Made by a program: the position numbers and the translations under genes | The notes under the pieces: generated by a model | Told to the model about the DNA's origin: nothing | The model's database searches: none | What the model saw: the letters and a program-made list of their open reading frames with translations, nothing else | Source: Chrysomallon squamiferum | Taxonomy: Eukaryota > Animalia > Mollusca | Assembly (NCBI GenBank): GCA_012295275.1 | Contig: CM022679.1 | Span: 11,718,001 to 11,782,000, forward strand | DNA length: 64,000 nt | Reading direction: 5' to 3' | Part shown: positions 41,218-54,899 of the stretch, one piece after another | Position numbering within the stretch: position 1 is the first letter of the stretch | How the letters are laid out: each line of letters starts with the position of its first letter

Positions 41218-43320
41218 TAAAATTGTTTTGTTGAAAACAGCAGCTGAGTTGAATCCTGAACATTTTGCCAAATTCGCTTATATGCCATGAGATAAAACAC
41301 GTTTTAAGTAGAATGTCCAAATTACTGCTAACTGACGTAATAGCATTCGAGAGTCGACGTTGGCGCCATAAAGAGTTCTTCTTAAAGGCAGCTTTCAAAA
41401 GGTATTAACAAATAACATATCTCAACACTGACAGTCGCCTACAGTTACTTGCTTTCCATTACTTTACAAAATGTGATAAACTTCAAAACTCATCTTAATT
41501 TACTTTCAAAACTGTAAACATAAATTGTCACAAAAAGGGGACTTAAAGAAAAAGGAATACATTTTTACTTCAAGCAAACGAACTACGAACTTTTGTCTCG
41601 GAAGCTTGGTCAGGGTTTAATGTTTCACAAAATTGGTTAAACGTCCCGCAAGGACCTAACGATGCACAGAAGCAGTCCGCCGAAGAATACCGACACGTGT
41701 CTTTAAGAGGAGAAAATGCCTAATGGAGTGTAACAGATTCCAATCTAGTGCCATTGAAAAGAACATCCCTGAGTAGAGAAGGAATTGCCAATAAGAAGGT
41801 CTCGTTTGGAGATATTTGTCAGTAAGCGTCGGCTCTGGAGCAACAAATTGATTAAGGAGTCGGCCGTGAAAAGGGAATTGACAGTGGATACGCCAAATGA
41901 GACCCGTATCCCTGGCATCGGCGAGTTAATATAGATGCTGGAAGATTATGGCAAAAAGACCTAAGGCATCAGCGATGGTAAAAATTCAGTTTATAGAGAT
42001 GGTAGCGAAAGTGCTTAAGGGAATGAAATTAATGGATCTAAAAAGGCTGCTATCTGTGCCACCGTACGAGTTTTTCAAACAGAATTAATTAATGTGGGCG
42101 TGGACAAAAATCAGCTCTTAGAAACTTAGTGTCTCTGTTTCTTATGATGTAATTTAAATTTAAAATTGGTCTTTCTTCTGTAACAAGTCATTAATTTAAA
42201 ATTACCGGTGGGAAGATTTAGATGATTACAGTTCATGGTAGACATGGGTCTTTTCGACTGAGTTTTAATGTGTTGGTGTTCTTGTCGTTGTTGTTATTAT
42301 TATTATTATCTGAGTTTTACTTTATTTCCAAATTTTTTCCATCAATATTTCACTAATTAAAGAAAAAGAAAGTTAATGCGCTTTCCAAAAAACATGTAAT
42401 ACAAAATTATTAATATCATCTTATCTTTCTCCTACACCTTCTTCTTTTAGTTGATTTTCTTTTTGTTGTTAAAATTGTAATCTATTTTTTTGTCGTTATT
42501 ATCCAAGTTAACGTAAAAAACAAAATTTATTCTTTAGACTATATTTAAACTGTAATTCATAAAATCGCAGATGGCTGATAATATAAACCCAAATACAACT
42601 ATCTGATGGTGGTGAATGGAGAAATATGCAAATATCAAACAATATTAATACAAATACCCAAGCGAATTTGACCTGGCTTTGTTTGTGACTAAGCAGAAAT
42701 TGCATTATTTATGAAGTTGTTAGCTAAACTGATGTGGGGCACTCAGTGAATGGAAACAAACTTCCGTATTTTATTGCATTTGAGTTTCAACAAAAACACA
42801 CACTTTATATAATATTTTATATTAAAGAAGGAAAAAAGTCAAAGTTTTTAAATTGAATAATAGACGATGGAATAATTTATGATTTTCACAAGAAATGAAA
42901 CATGTTATGACATTCTTTTATGGATTTCTCTTGAAGTATTTTTTTTTCTATTAAAATCTGTTTATCATTCTGTTAGTTGTGTTGAAATCGAGGCTACAAC
43001 TTGATTACTTTTGCTTAGCTTTTAACTTGATGTATAATAAACAAAACAGTGTGAGTATCTGTGAGTGTTCTGCCGTTTAACAAAATGTTAATTTGTTTTC
43101 CGAAATGAAAAATACACCCACACACCGAAACATAGAAACAAAATATCCTCAGAGATTTGGTTCTGAGTAACAGTAGCATTAGTACGTTTTATGTAATTAA
43201 GTTTTTCTCACAATGTACGATTTCTTTACAAAACTATATATCTCAGGATTTTTAATACGATATAAGACAGATACTAGGATCAAGGCTCTCTCTTTCGCTA
43301 TGGATTTGTTTATATCTAAA

Positions 43321-43422
43321 TGTATGTATGTGTGTGTATGTGTGTGAGTGTATGTATGTATGTATGTATGTGTGTATGTATGTATGTATGTATGTATGTA
43401 TGTATGTATGTATGTATGTATG
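43321..43422. repeat. (TATG)n tetranucleotide repeat
   Basis: Direct reading. Confidence 0.95.
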
Positions 43423-43589
43423 CATGCAGTATGAACATATGTAACCCAACTAATAAAATAAACTATTAAATTATAATGGAATAATTATATTTTTTGTTTT
43501 AAATTCATGAACATTTGAAGTCATAATCATTCTGAATTAGATTATGTCGATACCCGAATTCATTTACATACTGAAAATTATTAGAATTA

Positions 43590-43735
43590 ATATATAATAT
43601 GGCTGGTCATTATGTGTCAGATGTATTCACCACACAACAGACTTCTCTTTATGACTAGCAACAAGGGTGCTTGTGAATGTATTCATTCACAGTCGCGAAA
43701 GTTTGCTTTCGATAAACCAACCATAAAGTAATGGC
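43590..43735 (-). mobile_element. Degenerate SINE-like fragment, same family as 27590-27870
   Basis: The reverse complement reads tggtttatc...tgaatgaatacattcacaagcacccttgttgctagtc, aligning loosely with the core of the 27.6-kb copy. Confidence 0.35.
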
Positions 43736-46727
43736 CTATATCCTAACTGACAAATATTCATACTTAGACGTGTATCTACGTACACATGAACACACACCAC
43801 ACCCGCACACACCCAAATATACACACACAAACGTAAATTCCTATATACAAACATACACAAACACATACAAAACATTTTCACACACTGCCCACTCTCAAAG
43901 TAAGATGACTGGTTATTTTTATGTCACTGTATGTATATAACTTGCGGAAATACTGTAAGATAGTTATAAGAATCCGTTTAGTCTGGCTCTATTCAGTTTC
44001 CGAAAACGGATTTCGATTTCCAGTTCGATGCAATCACGTAATGATAAATTTAAATTGGAAAAAAAAGTAGTACGTGATGAATCACCTAGTCCCAAGGCAC
44101 GTTTGAAATCAAATACATCCAGATAGATGACATGTACACTGCACTGAGATTTGGAACAAGCAGACTGAGATCTTGTCGAAATAGTTAATCTTCTCCCTTA
44201 AGCTACAAATGATCAATTTCCTACACTGCAAGAATCATGGCTCATACATCTTGTTGTCTTTCCGTTTAGAAGATCTTTTCGGTTTTTTGTTCTGTTATGG
44301 TTCAAATACACATGTCCTTACAAGAACAGAATGATTATAGCATATCAAAGTATTCTGGAATCTAGATGTTGTATTCTTCCGGCATAAGAAACAAATACAA
44401 CATTTATGAAACATTTTCATTCCAGTGAGAAGATGTACATTTGCATACAAGCTAAATTGTAGTAAAGAGACTATACAAATATTAAAATTTGAATTAACTA
44501 TTAAAATAATAATGTTCTTTGAGTGCAATCAGATATTGCCGATATTGTCAAATAAATCATCTAGAGCAATTATTATCACAGAAACATATTTTTATATACA
44601 AATAAAACATATATACTATCTGCAGTTACTAATGAAACTGTTTTTTTTCAGACATCACTAGATATTTTGGAACAGATTGGTCCGCCATGGACCGAAGACA
44701 CCAAGATAGCAAGACAAATGGTGGCACCCAGATTTGTTTAAACTTCACCTTTTTTGTTGTGATAATTCGTTATTAATAAGAAGTTTGACAAGGAAAATAG
44801 GTAAAATGTATTAAATATTTAGACTGGTTTTTAATAAGATCTAAGGTACACTTCAAACATGATTTATTAAAAATACTGTGATGTTAATGCCTATTGCTTT
44901 CAGCCAAACCATGTCGTGATGTTACTGTAAGTATACTGTGACGCAGCCAGTTTGGGACAAAAATACATGGCCATTTTCATACAAACTGTTTTGTGAAGAC
45001 TTCTGTACTAAAAGTCATTCTGATCGTAATGTATGAACACAGTTACAAGCCGGTCAGTTATGCGACAGTTTTATACAAAGGACACGTATCTTATTTAAAG
45101 TACAAGTCAATGAAACAAGGTTTCAAAGCTATACGAAATCTGCAGAAGGTTCCGTCTTAAAACATTTTGAAAACTTCATTTTGCTAGTTCGTCAATTACC
45201 ACAGATAGATGCATTAAACTGTGAAAAAAGCTTGGAAATGCTTTCGTCCACGTCACTCTTAAAGTAATCAAATTTAGCTTTATTGGACAGGAAGTTTCAA
45301 GCTGGCCAGGGATTGCAGACTGCACACAAAATCGATAGCAATCTGGAGTTTTCTCACTTTAGACTAGTGAAAGTTTTACTATCAAAGTATACTCAATCCT
45401 CTTAATACATCCAAAAGAAAAGATTCTTTTATTCCACGGGGAAATTTTCTCTTACTGCCGGATTTGAGCTTTCTGTTGTTGAAATAGGGTTTGATTACGC
45501 AGTAACGCAAATTTCAAGCAGTATATTAAAACCAAATGGATTCTTCAATGGATGATGTCACGTGACGGATAATAAAAATTAATTTGAACTGTTTTTACGG
45601 GGATTGTGGGATTGCACAAATGCGGTTTCGGGTTATGTTTGAAATTATCTGACACCAATGCTTCAACATAAAATCACACTAGCTTTGCAGAATTATCGCT
45701 TCGTTAATTACATTTGTGAATGCAGAAGATTAAGTCTAAACAAGTTTTGAATTTTGTACTTGAAATAAACAATAATGATTTTACTTTAGATCACATTAGG
45801 GGTTTTTTGTTGGGGTTTTTTAGGGCGTGTACAATTCTGACTTAGCAAAACTAATCACAAAAATAACACGTAACTTTTAACTTATAACAAGAAAGTATTT
45901 TTTCATTCTGAGTAGAGTTGTTTCGTTAGTAAACTCACCAGATAGCTGACAATAGCAGGCTAAAATTCATACATACATGGATGAAAACATTTCCAAGCTT
46001 TTTTTCAGTTTTAATGCATCTATTTGTGGTAATTGATGGCATGTAGCTTTAATTTGATGTATTTTATTTTCCCTAATAGTATTTAGTTTGAATAACGATG
46101 ACACAAATATGTTTTACAGTAATTCAGTTTTCGAACTGGGGAATTCTTATATATCTGTTTAAAGGTTGTTACGTTCATACATTAAACAATTAACCAGATG
46201 TATGATTAATTTGTCTATTATTTTTCTAGTATTAATATTAAAATTCTTATCCTGATTAAAAAAAATATATGTATAAATATAAAATAATAATAAACAAACC
46301 AAAAAACATTTAATTTTGGAAATCGGTTATTTATTAAAACAAACAAAATAAAAAAAAAAAAAAAAAAAAAAAAAAAATGTTTTTAATTCTCTTTGCAGCT
46401 GTTTTATTTTAATACTGACAGCTGAACTTTTGCTTTTTTCTTGTTCTTTGGATCCGCTTTTGTACTGATTATCAATGCGGAAATTCACTGCGGTGTATTT
46501 TCAGACCAAAGTGATGTCCTTTCAGACATATGCATACGTTATGGATTTAAAGATTTACTCATCGCCAATAGTTACTTTTAGTTTTTATTGCTGACGTTAA
46601 CACCAGCATTGACAGATAATTGCACTTGTGCAGAAATTAATCGTTAACAACTGAAAGATTCAAGTATAGGAATTAACAAGTCTTTTAAACATGCTGAACG
46701 TGAAAAAAAACGGCTATAATTTAATAA

Positions 46728-46765
<38 letters not shown>

Positions 46766-46785
46766 AGACTAAAAAATTCTTCTGT

Positions 46786-46790
<5 letters not shown>

Positions 46791-46856
<66 letters not shown>
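46791..46856. repeat. (TC)n microsatellite
   Basis: Direct reading. Confidence 0.97.
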
Positions 46857-46858
<2 letters not shown>

Positions 46859-49800
46859 AGACATACACAAACAAACATACACAGTTTTCGAAACTATATT
46901 AACCATTTTCATTAAAACTAACAATATAATGAAACATATTAAACTGTCCACGAACAGTATGGTAATATTGGTAAAAACGTAGAATCATATTCATTAACTC
47001 AGCGGTTGCTGATTTTCGGATGCTCCGAACTGATATACGAGATTAACGGAAACTAGTGTGATAATGCGCTGCTTTTGCCCACAGTTTATTTGACGCTTTG
47101 TCTGATACTGATAACCACAGGAGAGTTTACAATGAAAGATAGCCAGCGTTCACACCTGATACCATCGATCTCACCATACACAACCATCAAACACCGGAAG
47201 TCAGGATTAATGGCAGCCAAACAACTTCCGTTGCAGACTAGGTGTCTCTATTAAAAAGATGTTCGTGTCTCGATTTTCAGACTTGCTCTCACATTAATAA
47301 TAATAATTCAGAATCGTTATGGAAATATACAGTCATATCATTTTATTTCGTGACTGCATATCAGTATTTTAATAACGAGACGTTTATACCTCGTGGCGAT
47401 AAAAATTACTTCGGCTGTTCTTACATTACTGTATTCTAAATTTAAGTAGTCACATAGGAGATGTCATTATAAATTTTGGAAACTTTTATGGAAAAAATAT
47501 TTTTTACAAATCTGAAACCTGACTACTTCTACCCATATGTTAAATTAACCAACAGTCCTCAATGACACAACGACAACACTTATTTATTATTAAAAAACTA
47601 GAATTTGTGAAAGAGTATCTAATGGTACAGTTATATTTGTAATACATTCCATTATAAAACTATAAACTTATTTTGGATAACAAGGCAGATACTTTGAAAC
47701 TTGATATAAAAATCATATTCGAATCATTTAAACTGTGAAAAGTGATAAAAATTGCAAAAATAGATAAGAAAAAAGCTTTTTGATTCTTCGAACAAGAAAA
47801 CTCAAATGCTTCATAATAAAAAAAATGTACAGCCACCCTACTCGTATAATGTCAGTTTTATATGTTTTTCAAATATTCCAATTTCTCTCCTGAAATAAGA
47901 TGAGATTGCCAATTATCCGTTTATTGTTGGTATGACTCACAAATCTAATATAACACTTTAATCCCAGATTGCTTTCACTTCTATTCACAGGGATTAATCT
48001 TCAACTATTTTCTAAGATGACTTTTGGGTTTTAAACACGACCAGGCTCTGGTCGACAACAATCTTATCAATGACGGATTTATGCATTGGCCTTCGGCGTT
48101 CTCGCCCAATAATTGCTTTCTACTTCATCCCAGTCTCAACAGACCATCGTTCACTTGTCGCTTTTATTAGCAGTGCCTAAATAAACATATTTACGTCAGC
48201 TTTGGTCAGTGGCAATGACAGGGCGGTTCCCAGAATTGGAAGAGACCTTCCTCATACATCCGAATATCCGAAAAATAATAAAAAATCAATGTTCATTTAT
48301 TATGTTTATGTCTGCAAGTCCAGGCAACTTAGATACATAACTCCAACTAAAAATGCAGTTATCGCTGCTGCTGATATCATTATTCAACAGTAAGAAGAAA
48401 AAATTATGAAATTACAGAAGTAAAAGGATGATTCTGATTGTTAAGACTAATAAACTATACAAAAAATTAAATCTGAACATCTTTTCATGTCAAGTACAAA
48501 TAAAGCAAATGTCTGTAACAACCCCAAGGGTCTAAATGCAGGAGGGAAAAAAGAACATCACTTAATTGACAAAATATTCTGGTCTTTAATACACAGTACG
48601 AATTATAAATAAAGTTTCTAGCAGACGTGTCCCTTTGATCTTAAGCAGATGTATTTATCATCATTTTGACAGCTGGATTAAGATCATACAAGCACGGATG
48701 TCATTATGACAGGCAATCACATTTTCCCTTGAAAGCAGCAGAGTGCGCACAACGTGTAGTTTATTGATTACATGACCACGGCTGACCGCTGGGTGTTAAA
48801 AACCTTTGAGGTTTGCTTTAGCCATTTTCCATAAAAACGACAGTCAACCTATTCGTGTTGAACCTCATTAGTTTTGAACCAGCATGAAGTAACAAGAATT
48901 AAATGTTCATTCTTTTGTTGCAATATTCAAATGAGATCTTCCAATAAAAGTTTCTTCCAAAAAAAAAAAAAAAAAAAATAAATAATAAATATTTGCAGCA
49001 GCGTTAGTTGTGTTAGCAACAGAAAATAAATAATGAAAGTTGTTTTAATAACAGTACTTATAACACTGGTTGTAGTACCAGCTGTAGGAATAACAGCTGC
49101 ATTTAAGCTTGTATTAAAATAATAGTAGTTATTATGCAATTAGATGTAAGTGTGTTAACAGCAGTAGCTGTAATAGCAGAGTAGTAATTTTGAATGTTTT
49201 ATTGTAAACTGTGTAAGCCAGTTTATGGTCATTTTAAAAACAAACAAAAAACAAATAATAATAATAATAATGTTGATGATGAAGATGATGATAATGACAA
49301 TGATAATGTTTTTATTTTCTAATTCTTTGTTTTAAATATACAATAGCATGATGTAACTGAACCTATGCAGTGTGTTTGGTAAGCATCTCTCATCTTGGTT
49401 ATTTCACGTTAAACTGATGTGTCCTTATTTCATAAGGAAGTTCTGAACGGGAGCAATAAAACCAATTTAATAATGGTTCGCCAGACAATATAATCCTCGT
49501 TTGATGACCATGGGATCCGGGCAGAAATCACTTGCAAACACATCTTCGTGATTACAAGACTAGAACATGTGTATTACAGCACGCCATCAATAAATTAGAT
49601 TGCTTGTAAACAAACGCAAATCATATAACAACACTTAACTTCAACTTACAAAACCTCCGCGGAGGGTTTTTTCAATAAACGAATGTCGTTATAAAATTGA
49701 TTTTCAAGAAATGCGATAACTTTACAATACTTGACTTTAGAGTCCACATAATGAATACTTTTCTACTAAGCACTTGAAGAGAAGGGGTACCCGAAGTCAG

Positions 49801-50130
49801 ATTGAGCGAAATTGTGTTTTTGCTGCTTGAGTTTCAGATTCCAATGTTTATCTAGCTTTTGTTTGTTCACAATGCTGTTCGCGGTGATTCATTCATTAAA
49901 ATAACGGTTACCAACGTGAACTGTATTTAAAAAATACGTTGTTTACTGTTGTTTATTAACGTCTGAATAATGTTTTTTTTTTTTTTTTTTTTTTTTTTAT
50001 AGTATAGAGCAGAAACATCTGAAGGTTCCACTGTTAGCTTGTGAAAAGAATTTCGTTGCAGTTAAATACTGGTATGAATGAATGTGTCCTGTTAAAATAA
50101 TGGATCACTAATGTTTTATTAAAGATGCAT

Positions 50131-50165
<35 letters not shown>

Positions 50166-50542
50166 GGAAGGCTGGAATGAAAATGCTAAAGCTGTTGATG
50201 CCAGTTTAGGCGATGAATAACAATGTAAATGTTTTCTTCTCAGCAAGATTCTGTTTGCTTTTTAACCTTGCACACGGCGATCAATTTCCAAGACTAATAT
50301 TTGTTTCATGTAACACGCGCGGTTTATTACCACAAATATGTCACTGTTTAAAATTGGCAATTTCGGAGCTGCCACTATCCGTTTAAATACAGGACAGAAA
50401 GGTGCGATAAATAAAAATCTTTATTATAAACTTCTTTTGGTATTTATCAGGTAGTATATTTTTGGATAATAACTAGAATTGCATGAACATGCATTTATTT
50501 CTAATTTTTGTCGGCTCAGAGGAACGAAGGAGATACCAATCG

Positions 50543-50545
<3 letters not shown>

Positions 50546-50605
<60 letters not shown>

Positions 50606-50708
50606 GTCTTTTGTAAAAACAATTTAAATTAGTGAGTAATTTTCAAGATACTTATTTAAATTATATATATATAATTTTTTATTTTAAATACCATGTTAAA
50701 AATAGATG

Positions 50709-50767
<59 letters not shown>
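50546..50767. repeat. Two (GA)n tracts, each preceded by gtacag
   Basis: Direct reading (50546-50603 and 50712-50767). Confidence 0.95.
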
Positions 50768-50773
<6 letters not shown>

Positions 50774-53700
50774 GATATCGAAACATTCAGAAAGATTGTA
50801 TTACTTTTCAGACACCTATTTCTACAACCCTGATGTAGCGAGAGTCAGAATGTCGTTAAACAATTCTCTCCTTTCAAGCTTATCACCCAATACTTTTCTT
50901 TTTCTGAGGCTTAAACACTCTCTTTATCGATATTCTTCGACCTGAATCGTCTTGAATTTATGACATCATTCAGTCAGAATACGATAGTCTTTATATTACA
51001 GATGTTTAACTGCAGTACGTCGGATTCGCGTGGTTTTAAAACTTTCAGTAATTGATGTGGGCATTTAAAAGAGCCACGCTTGTGGTAGTTTATTGCACCT
51101 AGTTTTTCAGCCCGCGTGGCTCTTTCTGCGGAAGTACAGTTAAGAAGAATGACGTCAAAATTCGATTATCACAACCATTATTTTCGTTTGGTTTCCAGTT
51201 TTAGCCCAAAGGCAAAATAAATTATCTTCCTTTTGTTAAGACTCAAAGAAGTCGATTTTAAAATTTTACTAAACAGATGTGTAGCTGCAATAATTATTTC
51301 CTTTGTACGTTTTCTGAAAATTCACTAACGTTTTTCAAACTGTCAGTAAAATTAAATTAAAAGAAAAGAAGAAACAGTTACAATAATACAAACGAAATAA
51401 ACAAACACTAACCACAGCAAAGAAAAATAATCGTCTGAATTTTTTATCCCTAAAAGGATTTATAAATTAAGTATTTTTTTTTATCATTTAAGTAGTTTTG
51501 AATCCAAATTAGTTCTGATGTTATCTTTTTTTTTTTTTTTTTTTTTTACAAATACAGCATAAAAAAGTATATGGTAAATTGTTCTATCAAATAGGATCAA
51601 AAACCTTCTTTTCATATAGCAAAATATTTAGCTCTGCGTTGTTTACAGCATTCTTATTAATGAAACATAGGTATTATTTCACTGAATGTATAATAATGAT
51701 TATCCCCCTAAACATCCACCCCAAAACCCCCCGAAACAAACAAATACGATAGTAATTTGCAATATATACTCGCGAATTATGGTGCTTGAGAAAAGACATG
51801 AAACAAAATTACTTGTGATAATTGTGATATATAACATCATACGTCTTAGACTTCCAGTATCATATTTGTACATTATACTGACAATTTTTTTTCATGTTTT
51901 TCAAAGCATATGAAATTTTAAACAATAAAATCAACAACAAAAAACCCCACAACCTCCCAGTAAATAATTAAGAAAAAAAGACATCTTAAAAGCACTCATC
52001 TTTCGCATGCCAAAAAAACACCAAATAACAACAGGAGATGCGTATGTTGCATTAGCAGACACAAACTAAAACTGATCAAATTAACAAGCCAAAAAGAGAA
52101 AAAAAAAAAGAAATTTACCAATCAGTGAACAAGTTGAATTTGGCAGATGGCTCTCAGGGAGTTACAGAAATATGGGGAATTTCAAAAAAACGTTGACATG
52201 ACTAATGAATGATCTAAAAGAGTTTAAGTTACAATTATGATCAATAATTTTAGTAATGGGCGAGCAGCACAGTTTCTTTAGTTTGCACCGAATACACTTT
52301 CCTTTAGGTGAGAAAACCCTATTTGTTGTTAAAGATTCAACAAAATAATTAGTATCGCGACTAAATTCCTTGTTTCAAATAATAATAATAGCAAAACCAA
52401 CAATATACTGCAAACGTTTCTTTCTGTCTGTATATGTGTTCGCGCTTGCATTTGGGTATGTGAGTTGAAATACTTACAATATATTCTGAAATGATGAGAA
52501 TATAGCCAGTAGCAGTAGTTCGATTTTTACTGTTTTAATATTTATTATGTTTAAAATGTTTAAAATGTTTTCGTTGTTTCTACAGTTTGTTTTTAATTGT
52601 TATCATACTTTAATTATCTATGTATAAGACAAAAGCTGACTTTAACTAGAGATCGTAACCGAATGATATCCGGGCTTAGAAACAGTATTAACAACAGAAG
52701 CCTCTCTGAATACGTACGGAACTTGGGGATTGCTAGTATCTGTACATTATCAGTTTTGGAATATAATTATGGTAGTTGTTCGTTGGTTTAAGAAAGTATG
52801 TTAGTGCGATGTTTAATTATTTGTATTCTAAACTCGATGTTGTAGATCTAATTGGGTTAATCATTTATTCATCATACGAATATACTTGACCAAGAAAACT
52901 AAGTAGCAAACCGATTTCTTGCATTAATAAAAGAAAGAAACACACAAACAAACAATAAAAACAACATTGTGTGTGTGAATATAATAATAATATAATAAAC
53001 CCAGAGTAATGTAAGGAAAAATAAGTTATGGAAATGAAATGTTCCATATATATTTCCTCCAATGTAGGATTTTCAAAAATAAAAGTATTTATTATTATTA
53101 TTATTATTATTAAAGTACGGGTAAGATAAGAATTTTAAGTGTATATGAATATATGAATATTTTTTTTGAATTAGTTTTTTACTGTAATAAGAAAACTTGC
53201 TATGTGAATATGAAATTTATATTCTTTTATTATTTCCATGCAGTATAGACATTAATTTTATGTCGATACTCTTCAATAAATACACTTTTAAATATTTATT
53301 CTTTCTACGAATGGAAGACTGATACAGACTTTGAGACGTTTATTTCGAAACCTTTTCGAAAATGAAAGTTTTAACGTAATATACAAATTATTGTCTTTGT
53401 TCTGTTTCACTGTCGTTTAATATCTAACTTGTTAAGTATTTCGGTAAAACAGAAGAAAAAAAGTACGATATTGAAAGAAAAACATGTCTAATAATTAAAC
53501 AATAAAAGAAAAGAAAAGAAAGAAATAAAAAACAAAATGAAAAAAAAAGAATTGAAAGCTGTCTTTGAGTTTTGGATAATGTGATTAAATAGTTCTAACG
53601 TGACTGTAAGATTATTCAGAAAACAGTGATGTTTTTAAAACCTTTTTTTTTTTTTCATCCTTGAACTCTTTGGTACAGAACATTTTTTTTTTTTTTTTTC

Positions 53701-54140
53701 TTATTGTTTTTTTGGTTTTTTTTGAGTGGATGACAGAAAACTTTATGCTGCCGTTCTTGTTCAACATTTGCATTTCTTCTAGTTTGAGCTGTTTTACATG
53801 GTTTTATTAAAAGACCTATTAATGTGTTGTATTGACACTTTGTTTCCAAAACAGTTCTCCTTTAAATATTGAAATGAAAATTCAAGACTGTTGTTAATTA
53901 TTTTTAAAAGAAGAAAAGAAGAGAAAACGAAAATCATATAAAACAATTTCTAGCTGTTACTAAATGGTGGTGATGTGATATGTATTTTCCTGCTTCGAGG
54001 AATCTGCATGAAAACATATTAAATTTTGTTTATAAGAACAAGAATGTTTCACTTGGAAATATTATCATTACATCGAAAACCTAATAATAATTAATATTAA
54101 ATACTGAGGTGTTGACAAATATCTATACAGTCATCATCAT

Positions 54141-54177
<37 letters not shown>

Positions 54178-54564
54178 TTCATTTATTCGTTCGTTTGCTC
54201 GTGCTAAATAATTATCGTATTGACGGGACTAATGTTATAGGATTATGATTACACTGACCTGAAACCTTGAATTCATGGAATATTATAAAAAGATTCATTT
54301 CCATGAAATGACGGAAGGTATCAGTGAGAATTTGTTAATTATATTAGTTCTAAATGTCCAGGTTTAACTATTACTTTTCTTGACGAATTCAGTTCTCCAG
54401 TTTGAAAGAAACCCTTGCTAAACAAGCAAACTCACACACTGAAATGTGGCAAGTTCAGCCTATGAACCAAAAGTAACTAAATGAAGACAGCCACTTTACT
54501 AGTGTGCCTCACACCAATCAGGTATTACACTTTCACCTAAATGTTCTTATTTACATGTTCTTAC

Positions 54565-54880
54565 CTTCTTTTGAATTCACTTTGGAACTTGACACTGTCA
54601 TGAGCTGTCGTATTCCTTCTGGGACAACTTTCAGGGGAACACTTTCAACTTGTATAGTTTTACATTTTCCCCTTGATTCCATCCAGCGGAAAACTTGCAG
54701 TTTTGTGTTATTTAATGTGAAAAACTGTCCGTCTTTTTCAGCAACTTGTAATTTTGGTACTCCTCCATTGTTCAGCAACCTTTTAGATAACTCATCCATT
54801 TTCGAGTCATTATTTTCATCCTGAAATGTCTTGGTTTCTTCTGTATTGGTAAAGTGGATTGAGGAGGGCTGGAGGAACAT
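54565..54880 (-). CDS. Exon 1 of an uncharacterised ~171-aa protein; ParB/sulfiredoxin-like fold with degenerate signature
   Basis: Protein-like ORF MFLQPSSIHF...PKLQVAEKDGQFFTLNNTKLQVFRWMESRGKCKTIQVESVP...SKE. A consensus donor AAG|GTAAGA at 54565/54564 gives 105 codons + 1 nt (phase 1). A TATA-like element lies about 50 nt upstream. The fold assignment is by motif resemblance only. Confidence 0.8.
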
Positions 54881-54899
54881 CGCGTAACCGGGGTAGACT

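Noticed and set aside
46618-46640. AATTGCACTTGT matches the 5' part of miR-92
   Set aside because: No 3' match and no precursor hairpin.
49651-49671. Near-palindrome aaacctccgcggagggttttt resembling an intrinsic terminator
   Set aside because: Eukaryotic intron with no associated transcription unit; an isolated short palindrome.
53655-53849. Possible extra exon (KPCKTAQTRRNANVEQERQHK) in intron 1 of the ParB-like gene
   Set aside because: The acceptor has no pyrimidine tract, there is no good phase-1 donor, and the ORF runs into poly-A.
54504-54824. 106-aa plus-strand ORF
   Set aside because: Antisense shadow of the real minus-strand exon.
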